DNA of 64,000 nucleotides from Alphaproteobacteria bacterium (GTDB taxonomy: Bacteria; Pseudomonadota; Alphaproteobacteria; SHVV01). The DNA lies in assembly GCA_965261735.1 (NCBI GenBank), contig OZ253470.1, positions 1,760,001 through 1,824,000 of the forward strand, in the 5' to 3' direction. The notes beneath the pieces were generated by a model. The model did not search any database. It was not told the DNA's origin and saw nothing but the letters and a program-made list of their open reading frames with translations. This document shows positions 23,526 to 33,107 of this stretch, piece after piece. The position numbers and the translations under genes were made by a program. Position 1 is the first letter of the stretch. Every line of letters begins with the position of its first letter.

Positions 23526-24959
23526 GATCGTGTCCCGCGGAGTGGTGTAAGAGCGTTGCGCTCTACGCGGCTCCCGGCGGGTAGGGCCGGGACGTTCAGG
23601 CTGCCACGGTGGGCAGCGTGATGGGGACACCATCGCTCAGCGGAGCGATGGATTCCAGCGTCATGTATCTCCTTGAGACGGCCCACTCGTCGTTCTGCTC
23701 GAGAAGGATGGCGCCGACGAGCCGTGTGATGGCGGCTTCGTTGGGAAAGATACCGACGACGTTGGTGCGACGCTTGACCTCGGCATGGAGCCGTTCGATC
23801 GGGTTTGTGGAGTGCAATTTCTGGCGGTGCTCCCTGGGGAAGCTCATGTAGGCGAGGACGTCGTGCTCGGCTTCGTCCATGAGAACTGCCAGCTTGGGCA
23901 CCTTGGGCCTGAGCTGGTCGGCGACCTGGCGCCACTGGACCTTCGCGCTGTCGGCGTCCTCCTGGGCGAAGGCGGAGACGACGCGCCGGCCCTGGCGGCC
24001 GGCATGGGCCAGCAGGTTGCGGGCGAAGTGCACGCGGCAGCGCTGCCATGTGGCGCCGAGGATCCGGGTCGCGGCGGCCTTCAGGCCCTTGTGGTCGTCG
24101 GAGATCACCAGCTTCACGCCGCGCAGCCCGCGCCGGGCCAGCGAGCGCAGGAACTCGGTCCAGAAGGTCTCGGCCTCCGACGCGCCGATCGCCACGCCCA
24201 GGACCTCGCGGCGGCCTTGGTCGTTGACGGCCACAGCCACGGTCACCGCGACCGAGACGATGCGTCCGGTCTGGCGCACCTTCACGTAGGTGGCGTCGAG
24301 CCACAGATAGGGCCAGTCGCCCTCCAGCGGTCGATCGAGGAAGCCGTTGACCTTATCGTCGATCTCGCCGCACAGCCTGGAGACCTGGCTCTTGGAGGCG
24401 CCCGACATCCCCATCGCCTGAACCAGATCGTCGACCGAGCGGGTCGACACCCCCTGGATGTAGGCCTCCTGGATCACCGCAGCCAGCGCCTTCTCGGCCA
24501 TCCGCCGCGGCTCCAGGAAGCCCGGGAAGTAGCTTCCCTTCCTCAGCTTCGGGATCTTCAGCTCGACCGTGCCGGCCCGCGTCTCCCAGGACCGGTCGCG
24601 GTAGCCGTTGCGATGGGTGATACGATCCGCCGAGCGCTCGCCGTGCCCGGCGCCGGTCAGGCCCTCAACCTCCAGTGCCATCAGCCGCTCGGCCGTGAAG
24701 CCGATCATCTCGCAAAGCAGATCGGCATCGGAGCTCTTCTCCAAAAGCGCGCGCAGGGTCATCATGTCCTGGGTCATCGTGGTTCTCCTTCGGGTCAGGT
24801 TGGTTTGCACTAGCCCAACCCTAAACCGGAACCGCGATGGCCTCCGCTGTGGATAGCCGGCTTGCCTACGCCAGACTCTCGGCGGTCGCTACGGCAAGCC
24901 GCCTACCCACAGCTACCAGAGGCTCCAACAACTCCTACACCACGTCCTGGGACACGACC
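23526..24959 (-). mobile_element. IS256-family element, copy 2, both ends present
   Basis: Ends GATCGTGTCCCGCGGAGTGGTGTAAGAG / CTCCTACACCACGTCCTGGGACACGACC; 8-bp TSD ACAGAAGC at 23518-23525 and 24960-24967. Confidence 0.97.
23596..24777 (-). CDS. IS256 transposase with 5-aa in-frame deletion
   Basis: [34 protein letters not shown]. Confidence 0.95.
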   Translation of the reverse strand: MTQDMMTLRALLEKSSDADLLCEMIGFTAERLMALEVEGLTGAGHGERSADRITHRNGYRDRSWETRAGTVELKIPKLRKGSYFPGFLEPRRMAEKALAAVIQEAYIQGVSTRSVDDLVQAMGMSGASKSQVSRLCGEIDDKVNGFLDRPLEGDWPYLWLDATYVKVRQTGRIVSVAVTVAVAVNDQGRREVLGVAIGASEAETFWTEFLRSLARRGLRGVKLVISDDHKGLKAAATRILGATWQRCRVHFARNLLAHAGRQGRRVVSAFAQEDADSAKVQWRQVADQLRPKVPKLAVLMDEAEHDVLAYMSFPREHRQKLHSTNPIERLHAEVKRRTNVVGIFPNEAAITRLVGAILLEQNDEWAVSRRYMTLESIAPLSDGVPITLPTVAA

Positions 24960-25105
24960 ACAGAAGCCCCGGTAGTTTCAAACGGCCATGAATCCGTGAT
25001 CACTTTACCTTTAGCGATCACGCGCCGCCCCCTCGACCCCTGATTCCAGCCACAACCGGCGCCCTCCACGGGATATGCGGGTTCGCCGCGGCGTTTTGTT
25101 CGTCC

Positions 25106-25987
25106 CTAGTGGACGGCGGCGGCGCGCACCGCGCGGCCGACCTTGGCCACCGCTTCCTCCTCGATCTGGCGGATGCGCTCGCGCGAGACGTTGTACTTCT
25201 GGCCCAGGGTCTCGAGGGTAGGCCGGTCCTCGGCCAAGCGACGCTGACCCACGATGTCGCGCTCGCGCTCGGTCAGATTCCTGAGCGCGCCCGACAGCAG
25301 AGCGCGCCGCTTCGCGAGCTCGTCGCGCTCCGCGAGCTGCGCCTCCGGGTCCGCGGCTTCGTCGACGAGCAGGTCCTGCCACATGGCGCCCCCGTCGCCG
25401 CCCAGGGTCACATTAAGCGAGGAATCGCCGCCGCTCAGTCGGGCATTCATAGCCAGGACCTCGGCCTCGCTGGCGCCAACCTCATGGGCAATCGACGTTG
25501 CCGACTCGGCGGACATGCCGTGCTCGGCGAGCTCGCCGCGGGCCGCCTTCAGGCGTCGTAGGTTGAAGAAGAGCTTTTTCTGGCGCGCCGTGGTGGCGAG
25601 ACGAACCATCGAGGCGGAGCGCATCACGTACTCGAGAATGGCGGCGCGAATCCACCAGGTGGCGTACGTGGCGAAGCGGACGCCGCGCGCCGGCTCGAAC
25701 TTGTGCGCGGCCTGCATGAGGCCGAGGTTGCCCTGGGAGATGAGGTCGGCGAAAGGCACGTCGTAGCCGGTGAAGCCCCTGGCGATCTTGACGACGAGGC
25801 GGAGGTGGCTGCCGGTGAGCAGCTCACCGGCGCGCGCATCTTTGCGCTGGCGCCAGCGGCGCGCGAGCTCGCGCTCCCGCTCGGCGCTCAGCAGCGGGTA
25901 TTTGTCGATCCTTCGAAAGTAGCCGGACAAGCCGTCTTCCGGCGCGAGGTTCAGCACGATGGTCTTCCTCCGTGAGAGAATGCGCAT
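25106..25987 (-). CDS. RpoH (sigma-32) family sigma factor paralog
   Basis: SHLRLVVKIA, DLISQGNLGLM, RFATYATWWIRA, RpoH box QKKLFFNLRR, SRERIRQIE. Confidence 0.85.
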   Translation of the reverse strand: MRILSRRKTIVLNLAPEDGLSGYFRRIDKYPLLSAERERELARRWRQRKDARAGELLTGSHLRLVVKIARGFTGYDVPFADLISQGNLGLMQAAHKFEPARGVRFATYATWWIRAAILEYVMRSASMVRLATTARQKKLFFNLRRLKAARGELAEHGMSAESATSIAHEVGASEAEVLAMNARLSGGDSSLNVTLGGDGGAMWQDLLVDEAADPEAQLAERDELAKRRALLSGALRNLTERERDIVGQRRLAEDRPTLETLGQKYNVSRERIRQIEEEAVAKVGRAVRAAAVH

Positions 25988-26185
25988 CGCGCGCGTTAGC
26001 CTTGCGCGACCGGCGCTCGAATTGACCCTACGCTAGCCTGAAGAGTAGGGCTCCCGCATGAATGAGTCGGGGCGCCTCTGCCTCCGTAGGTACTTAGGAA
26101 CGAACGTGGAACGTTTCAAGGGGCGCGCATCCCTTGTGCGACGGTGCGTTCGTCGCGCACCGGTTCGTGCGGAGGACGACGGGCC

Positions 26186-28558
26186 TCAACCGGGAACGGA
26201 TCGGCGGCCGGGCGCCCCCGTGATCGCGCGCCACACGCGCTCCGGCGTCGCCGGCATGTCGATGTGGGTCACCCCGAACTCGGCCAGGGAATCGACGACC
26301 GCGTTGATGACCGCGGCCGGTGCCCCGATCGTGCCGGCCTCGCCCGCGCCCTTCATGCCGAGCGCATTCGTGCGACACAGAATCTCCCGCCAGCTCGTGT
26401 CGAGCATGGGCAGGTCCGAGGCGCGCGGCATGCAGTAGTCCATGAAACTCGCCGACAGGAGCTGGCCGGCGCCGTCGTAGACGGCGTGCTCCCACAACGC
26501 CTGCCCGGCGCCCTGCGCGATACCGCCGTGGATCTGCCCGGCGAGCAACAACGGGTTGATCACGCGGCCGAAGTCATCGACGACGACATAGTCGACGATC
26601 TCGACCGCCCCGGTGTCGCGATCGACCTCGACTTCGCAAACGTGGCAGCCGTTAGGAAAGTTCGCCTCGCCGGGCGTGAACTCACCGGCACCGGTGAGCG
26701 CGCCGGGGCCTTCGCGCGCTTCGGCTCGGTAAGCCGCGGCGACCTCGAACAGTGTCACCGACCGGTCGCTGCCGACGATAGTGTAACGGCCCTCGCTGTA
26801 CTCGAGGTCCTGGGCCGCGACCTCGAGGAGATCGGCGGCGAGGTCCTTGCCCTTGGCGATGGCGTCGTCGGCCGCGCGGCTAATCGCCGTGCCGCACACC
26901 AGCACCGTGCGCGAGCCGCCTTGGCCGATGGTTTCGGTGATGTGCTCGAGGTCGGCCTGGCGCAGGTTGACGCTCTCGAACGGCACACCGAGGGCCTCGC
27001 TCAGGATCTGCGCGAACGCGGTCTCGTGCCCCTGACCCGTGGCATTGCCGCCGACGAACGCGCTCACCGTGTCGTCGTCCTCGAAACGAATCACGGCTTC
27101 CTCACCGCCGAGCAGCGGTCCCGCGCACTCATCGATGTAATACGACATGCCGATGCCGCGGAGCTTGCCGCGGCCGCGCGCCTCGCGGCGGCGCGCCTCG
27201 ATGTCGTCCCACGCGGCCGCCGTCCTGGCCTGTTTCGCGTTGCCCGCGAAATCGCCGCTGTCGAAGGTCGCGCCGGATGCGTTGGTGAAGGGCATGGCCG
27301 CGGCTGGCACGAAGTTCCGTTCGCGCAACCGGCCGGGGTCGAGGCCGAGCTCGCGCGCCGCCACGTCGATCAGGCGCTCGGCGCGATAGTTGAGCTCGGG
27401 CCGGCCGGCGCCGCGGTAGGCGTCCACGGGCACCGTGTTGGTGAAGACCCCGCGCACACGGGTATAGACGGCTGGCGTAGTGTAGACCGTGGTTTGGATA
27501 TGCTCGCCCTCGACCGTCGGGATTGCCGGCCCGAGGTTCGAGTAGTACGCCCCCATGTTGGCCGTCACCTCGGCGCGCATGCCGAGGAAGCGACCCTCGG
27601 CATCGAGGCCGAGATGCATGCGCGTGACGTGATCGCGCCCGTGCGCGTCGCTCACGAAGGCTTCGCTGCGGTCGCTGGTCCACTTGACCGGGCGCCCCAC
27701 CCGCCGCGACGCCCATAGGGTGAGCGCGTACTCCGGGTAGAGCGTGTATTTCATGCCGAAGCCGCCGCCGACGTCGCGGCTGATGACGTTTACCCGCTCC
27801 GTGGCCACGCGGAAGATGTCGCCCGCCAGCAGGCTACGCAGGATGTGCGGGCTCTGGCAGCCGACATAGAGCGTGAAGCATTGTCCCTCGGCGTTATAGT
27901 CGCCGACCGCCGCCCGCAGCTCGATTGGGTTGGCGTTGACCCTGTTGTTGACGAGGTCGACGACGACCACGCGGGCGGCCGCCTTCAGCGCGGCATCGAC
28001 CGCCTCTCGGTCACCGTTGTGCCACTCGAACGCTATGTTGCTCGGCCAGTTCTCCCAGATGCGAGGGGCGCCGTCGTCCATCGCATCTGCCGCCCCGCCG
28101 ACCGCCGGCAAGGGCTCGTAGGAAACCTCGATAAGCTCGGCCGCATCGCGCGCCTGGTCGAGCGCCTCGGCGATGACGAGCGCGACCGCATCGCCCACGT
28201 AGCGGACGCGCCCTTTGGCGAGCACGGGGCGGGAGGGAATTTTGGCGCCGGGACCGAGCACGTAGTCGCGCATCTCGCCCGTCGGATCGAAGGCCTTCGA
28301 CATGCACGGCATGTCGCCGATCCCATCGGCCTCGACGTCGGCGCCCGTAAGTACGGCAAGGACTCCCGGGGCCGCCTTGGCGGCGTTCGTGTCGGCAGCG
28401 CGGATTTCGGCGTGCGGGTAGGGCGAGCGCAGGACCTGGGCGAAGGCTTGATTCGGGAGGTTGATGTCGTCGGTGTAGGTGCCTCGCCCGGTGAGGAAGC
28501 GCGGGTCTTCACGGCGGCGGACCGGTTGCCCAATGCCGAATTTCAGCGGTGGTGCCAT
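26186..28558 (-). CDS. Xanthine oxidase family molybdoenzyme large subunit (form II CoxL-like)
   Basis: RREDPRFLTGRG, DVGGGFGMK, AYRGAGR active-site loop, GQGHET, KGAGEAG. Confidence 0.9.
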   Translation of the reverse strand: MAPPLKFGIGQPVRRREDPRFLTGRGTYTDDINLPNQAFAQVLRSPYPHAEIRAADTNAAKAAPGVLAVLTGADVEADGIGDMPCMSKAFDPTGEMRDYVLGPGAKIPSRPVLAKGRVRYVGDAVALVIAEALDQARDAAELIEVSYEPLPAVGGAADAMDDGAPRIWENWPSNIAFEWHNGDREAVDAALKAAARVVVVDLVNNRVNANPIELRAAVGDYNAEGQCFTLYVGCQSPHILRSLLAGDIFRVATERVNVISRDVGGGFGMKYTLYPEYALTLWASRRVGRPVKWTSDRSEAFVSDAHGRDHVTRMHLGLDAEGRFLGMRAEVTANMGAYYSNLGPAIPTVEGEHIQTTVYTTPAVYTRVRGVFTNTVPVDAYRGAGRPELNYRAERLIDVAARELGLDPGRLRERNFVPAAAMPFTNASGATFDSGDFAGNAKQARTAAAWDDIEARRREARGRGKLRGIGMSYYIDECAGPLLGGEEAVIRFEDDDTVSAFVGGNATGQGHETAFAQILSEALGVPFESVNLRQADLEHITETIGQGGSRTVLVCGTAISRAADDAIAKGKDLAADLLEVAAQDLEYSEGRYTIVGSDRSVTLFEVAAAYRAEAREGPGALTGAGEFTPGEANFPNGCHVCEVEVDRDTGAVEIVDYVVVDDFGRVINPLLLAGQIHGGIAQGAGQALWEHAVYDGAGQLLSASFMDYCMPRASDLPMLDTSWREILCRTNALGMKGAGEAGTIGAPAAVINAVVDSLAEFGVTHIDMPATPERVWRAITGAPGRRSVPG

Positions 28559-28725
28559 CGCGGGAGCTCGGTTTCAAGCGGACTGGGCGGGCGCGCCGCC
28601 CTGTTTCGCGCGGCGATACGGCATTGCACCCGATATCAAGACGCACGACCGCCTCGCCACCGTAAGATAGGCCGCGGACCTCGCCCTTGTCGACGATCAG
28701 GTGATGTCGGAACCCATCGGCGGGG

Positions 28726-29504
28726 TCAACCCGCGGCGGTCGACCGGGAGCCCGATACCATCGGGTTCAGGTTGAAGCCGACGACCAGTCCGTCGCAAAA
28801 CAGGTCGCGTATCGCCGCCACCAGATCGAAGAACGGATCGATGTCGAGCGCGGCGGACAGGGAGGCGCCAACACTGCGGCCATCGGCCAACGCCCGGCGG
28901 ACGTCGTAAACACCGAGGTCGAGATGCCGGAAGACGACGTGCGTGCCCACTCGGCGCACTTCGAGCCGCACCCCACCTTCGTCGAGGCTCACGTGCCTGC
29001 TTGCCTCGGCTGTTGACTGATTCGCCCACCAGATTCGCGTGATCGCCATGGGGAGGCGAGGTAGTTCAGGGTCGGCTGAAGCTTGAGCGTGAGGGCCGTC
29101 AGGTCGAGGAGGCCGACACCCAACAGCGTTTCGGCAGACCGGGCCGGCAGCGTAGCGCCGTGCCGTGCCGCGTCGATCGCCCCTTCCAGCCGCGCGACGT
29201 CGGCCAGGTATGGCAGCCCCTGGCACGGCGCGAAGGTGCTAAGGAAGGTCGGAAAGGAGGCACCATCGCTTTGGCGCGCGAATTCATTTGCCGCGTACGC
29301 AAAGAACCGCGCGTCGACAAGGCGGACGACGGCCGGGAAGCTCGCCATCAGCGCATCGGTCGCGGGCGCGCGCCGGTCGCTTGCAGATGCCTGTGGGCGA
29401 GACGTCTCCGCCGCGTTCGCTGCCGCCGCGGCGCGGCGAAGTGCGCCCGGCAAAGGCGGCACCATCCGTTGAAAATGCGCCGGATATTCATACGGCGTTA
29501 TCAT
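28726..29504 (-). pseudogene. DUF2063 (BufC/HvfC-like MNIO partner), frameshifted
   Basis: FPAVVRLVDARFF, LPYLADVARLE, LASPW|PITRIW with a frameshift near 29047; AAGGAGG RBS. Confidence 0.75.
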
Positions 29505-29781
29505 GGGGTTCCTCCTTGAGCGTCGTGGCGGTGAGGATGCCGTAGGTGATTTGCCGGCAGGTGCCGGCCGGAAAGCGCAACCAGGTCTCGACCCCGCCCT
29601 GTTTGACGGCATCCCGGTTGGGGGAATTCGTTAACCCAAGTCGTTGGTCCTCGCCGGCCTTGGCGATGCCGAAGCACTTGTCTCTCATGGACCTCCGCAC
29701 GCAACCCTTGTGCCCGTTCGCGGCGGCCAAGGACAGGGCGGCCGCGAACGCGGAGGCGATCAACATCGTGGTCGTCGTCAT
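29488..29781 (-). CDS. DUF2282 (BufA1 bufferin precursor-like) exported peptide, divergent
   Basis: Signal peptide, DKCFGIAKAG and WLRFPAGTCRQI motifs; central NDC...C segment absent. Confidence 0.7.
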   Translation of the reverse strand: MTTTTMLIASAFAAALSLAAANGHKGCVRRSMRDKCFGIAKAGEDQRLGLTNSPNRDAVKQGGVETWLRFPAGTCRQITYGILTATTLKEEPHDNAV

Positions 29782-29869
29782 GGATGTCTCCCTCGACTGG
29801 GCCATGATCAGCGTGCTCGGGCGATCGGCCAAGGCCATTGGCGAGTGGGAACGCTTGGATGTCGTGGCT

Positions 29870-30562
29870 CTAGAGGGTACGGAGCCGGGCCGCGCCGAAG
29901 AGCACGGCGAACTCCTCGCACCAGATGCCGACGGACCGATACAGACGCGGATCGAAATCCTTCGGCAGGCGGTAGGATTGGTCGCCGGTCAGCGCCTTGC
30001 GGGCGGCAACGGTGATGTAGCCGGCCCCCTCGACCGCCGCATTGCTCGTGAGCTCGGGTGCGGGCAACAGGATGATGTTGATGTCCGGTCCGCGGTCCGA
30101 GGCGAACTCGGTGAACGTTAGCCAGTAGGTGCCGTCGGCGCCCCTGCTGATGCTGGCGGTGCCGGTCGCCCGATGACCGTGTGGGCCGTCGTAGAACGCT
30201 CCCTTCGCCACCGCCTGAGCCGCGCAGGGATTGTACGCGGCGACGGGTTTGCACGGGTTGGCCGCAGCACACGGATTGCACGGATTGGCCGCTGCTTTCG
30301 GCTTGCAGGGATTAGCCGCGCAGGGGTTGCAGGGATTGGTCGCCGCGCAGGGATTGCACGGCTTCGCGGCCGCAACCGGATTGCAGGGGTTGGTTGCGGC
30401 CGGGTTGCACGGGTTGGTCGCGGCGGCAGGATTGCACGGGTTGACCGAGGTCACAGGCCGCGCGCTTGCCGAGTTAATGCGGTCCGCACCGCTCGTGCAT
30501 GCGCCCAGGAGCGTCAGACTGGCGAGAGCCGCGCCCGTGATAGCGAGCGTGCGCAGGCTCAC
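29870..30562 (-). CDS. Lipoprotein with Cys-rich NPC repeats and C-terminal DM13 domain
   Basis: Lipobox LGAC; 12 [N/K]PC motifs; DM13 features [35 protein letters not shown]; GTG start sits on the IS256 junction. Confidence 0.8.
   Translation of the reverse strand: MSLRTLAITGAALASLTLLGACTSGADRINSASARPVTSVNPCNPAAATNPCNPAATNPCNPVAAAKPCNPCAATNPCNPCAANPCKPKAAANPCNPCAAANPCKPVAAYNPCAAQAVAKGAFYDGPHGHRATGTASISRGADGTYWLTFTEFASDRGPDINIILLPAPELTSNAAVEGAGYITVAARKALTGDQSYRLPKDFDPRLYRSVGIWCEEFAVLFGAARLRTL
30220..30445 (-). repeat. Degenerate coding tandem repeat (NPC units)
   Basis: Repeated GGGTTGCA(C/G)GG(G/A)TT units on the + strand. Confidence 0.9.
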
Positions 30563-31278
30563 CGTGGCTGTGGCCGTCAACGACCAAGGCCGCCGCGAGG
30601 TCCTGGGCGTGGCGATCGGCGCGTCGGAGGCCGAGACCTTCTGGACCGAGTTCCTGCGCTCGCTGGCCCGGCGCGGGCTGCGCGGCGTGAAGCTGGTGAT
30701 CTCCGACGACCACAAGGGCCTGAAGGCCGCCGCGACCCGGATCCTCGGCGCCACATGGCAGCGCTGCCGCGTGCACTTCGCCCGCAACCTGCTGGCCCAT
30801 GCCGGCCGCCAGGGCCGGCGCGTCGTCTCCGCCTTCGCCCAGGAGGACGCCGACAGCGCGAAGGTCCAGTGGCGCCAGGTCGCCGACCAGCTCAGGCCCA
30901 AGGTGCCCAAGCTGGCAGTTCTCATGGACGAAGCCGAGCACGACGTCCTCGCCTACATGAGCTTCCCCAGGGAGCACCGCCAGAAATTGCACTCCACAAA
31001 CCCGATCGAACGGCTCCATGCCGAGGTCAAGCGTCGCACCAACGTCGTCGGTATCTTTCCCAACGAAGCCGCCATCACACGGCTCGTCGGCGCCATCCTT
31101 CTCGAGCAGAACGACGAGTGGGCCGTCTCAAGGAGATACATGACGCTGGAATCCATCGCTCCGCTGAGCGATGGTGTCCCCATCACGCTGCCCACCGTGG
31201 CAGCCTGAACGTCCCGGCCCTACCCGCCGGGAGCCGCGTAGAGCGCAACGCTCTTACACCACTCCGCGGGACACGATC
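30561..31278 (+). mobile_element. IS256-family element, copy 3, 5'-truncated
   Basis: Starts abruptly at ACCGTGGCTGTGGCC inside the transposase, intact right end ...GGGACACGATC. Confidence 0.95.
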
Positions 31279-31972
31279 CCGCAGGACTACAGCGAGGCGG
31301 TGAAGTGGTTTCGCTTGGCGGCGGTCCAAGGTGGAACCGGCGCCCAAAATAACCTGGGCAACATGTACTACTATGGCCGAGGCGTGGCGCAGGACTTTGC
31401 CGAGGCCGCGAAGTGTTATCGCAAGGCGGCAGATCAGAACTGGCCCATCGCCCAAAAGAACCTCGGGGAAATGTACCGTGATGGCCGAGGCGTGCCGCAG
31501 AACTACGCCGTGGCCGCGACATGGTTCAAGCACGCCGCTGGGCAGGGTGACGCCATCGCCGAAACCAACCTCGGTGTCTTGTACGCCAATGGCCGAGGCG
31601 TGCCGCAGAGTGACGCCGAGGCGTTGAAATGGTATCGCAAGGCAGCCGTGCAGGGCCAAGCCTCGGCTCAGTACAACCTCGGCAATATGTACCGCGAAGG
31701 CCGCGGCGTGCCGCAGGACGACGCGGAGGCCGCGAAGAGGCGGCGGAGCAGAATCGGGCCAGCGGCCAAGAAAACCTCGGCGTCTCTTATGCCGAAGGCC
31801 GAGGTGTTCCGCAGGATTACGTACAGGCCCTCATGTGGCTTAACCTGGCAGCAGAGCAGGACAAAGACGCGGTCAAGAACCGCGATGATCTTGCAAAACG
31901 AGCGACTCCCGAACAGATCGCCGAGGCGCAGCGTCTTGCCCGCGAGTGGATCGCAGCGTTCGAGAAGCGGAA
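31279..31972 (+). pseudogene. Sel1-like repeat protein remnant
   Basis: Repeats AQNNLGNMYYYGRGVAQDFAEAAKCYRKAADQ etc.; 5' part lost at IS256, frameshift near 31738, 3' end abuts IS1595. Confidence 0.9.
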
Positions 31973-32825
31973 GAATAATCCTTGCCTATCCGGTTTACAC
32001 CCACACCCACTAGGGCTAGAATGGGCGCAACCCGGATATAGGGGAGCGCGCCATGGATGTTCTCGACCGCGCCGATCTCCCATTCCCGCATTCGCTACCC
32101 GAGTTCCAGCGACTTTTCCCCGATGATGCGGCCTGCGCCGCCTACCTGGAGAAAGCCCGCTGGGGAGACGGCTTTGCCTGCCCGCACTGCGGCACGGCGG
32201 GAGAGCCGTTCCACTTTGAAAACCGCCCTGGCGTCCCGAGACGGCCTTTCAAATTCTCCACAAGCTCCGCTCGGGCATGGTGCGGCCCAACCAAGACAGG
32301 ATCGGTGGACAGCCCAAGAACCATGTTGAGGTGGACGAAACCTGGGTTGGCGGGCGAACGCGTGGGGAAGGCCGTGGTGTTCACCACAAGGTTCCCGTCT
32401 CCTGTGCCATCGAGGTGCGTCATCGAAAGCCGGGCACCAAGCTCGACAACCGGAAAGACGGACGCTATGCCGGACGCGTTCGGCTCGCCGTCGTGCTCGA
32501 CCGTAGCGCCGAGTCGCTCTGTGGGTTCGTCGAGAGCACCGTCGCGCCGCGATCGCTGATCGTTACTGACGATTGGAGCGGCTATGCTGGCCTCGGTAAG
32601 CGCGGCTATGAGCACTTCGCTGTTGCCGAGTGTGGTGATCCAGAGGTTGCCGAGCAATACCTGCCGATCATCCATCTGGTTTTCGCCAACCTGAAGACGT
32701 GGCTGATCGGTATCCACCACGGCGTTAGCCACCAGCACCTACAAGCCTACCTCAACGAGTGAGGTGGCCCCGGAAAATCGGACAGGTTTTTAAGGTGTAT
32801 TCCGCCGACTGAGGAGGGATACGCG

Positions 32826-33107
32826 ATGAGTAAGAGACGCAGGTTTTCCGGGGAGCTGAAGGCGAAGATCGCGCTTGAGGCGCTTCGTGGCGACCGGACG
32901 CTTCAGGAGATCGCCTCGCAGCACCAGGTTCATCCGAACCAAGTGAGCACATGGAAGCGGCAGGCGATCGATGGTCTTGGCGAAGTGTTTTCGAACGGGG
33001 GCGAGCGCCGCCGTCGGGACCATGAGAGCGAGATCCGTGATCTTCACGCGAAGATCGGCGAGTTGACGGTGGAGCGGGATTTTTTGTCTCGAGGGTCCGG
33101 TCGATGA
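32826..33107 (+). CDS. IS3 OrfA (HTH)
   Basis: RRFSGELKAKIALEA, VHPNQVSTWK, KIGELTVERDFL. Confidence 0.9.
   Translation: MSKRRRFSGELKAKIALEALRGDRTLQEIASQHQVHPNQVSTWKRQAIDGLGEVFSNGGERRRRDHESEIRDLHAKIGELTVERDFLSRGSGR

Noticed and set aside
26186-28558. True aerobic CO dehydrogenase (form I)
   Set aside because: AYRGAGR rather than AYxCSFR; no coxMS or accessory genes
30220-30445. Possible CRISPR array
   Set aside because: Units are codon-phased, degenerate, without unique spacers; no cas genes
30231-31208. 325-aa plus-strand ORF fusing GLHGLAAA repeats to a transposase
   Set aside because: Antisense shadow of the NPC repeats running into the truncated IS256 frame; the minus strand has lipobox and DM13
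23526-31278. Composite transposon from IS256 copies 2 and 3
   Set aside because: Copy 2 has its own TSD and the outer flanks do not match
33078-33107. T6G slippery site and ATGA overlap in IS3
   Set aside because: Standard IS3 OrfA/OrfB expression, not novel
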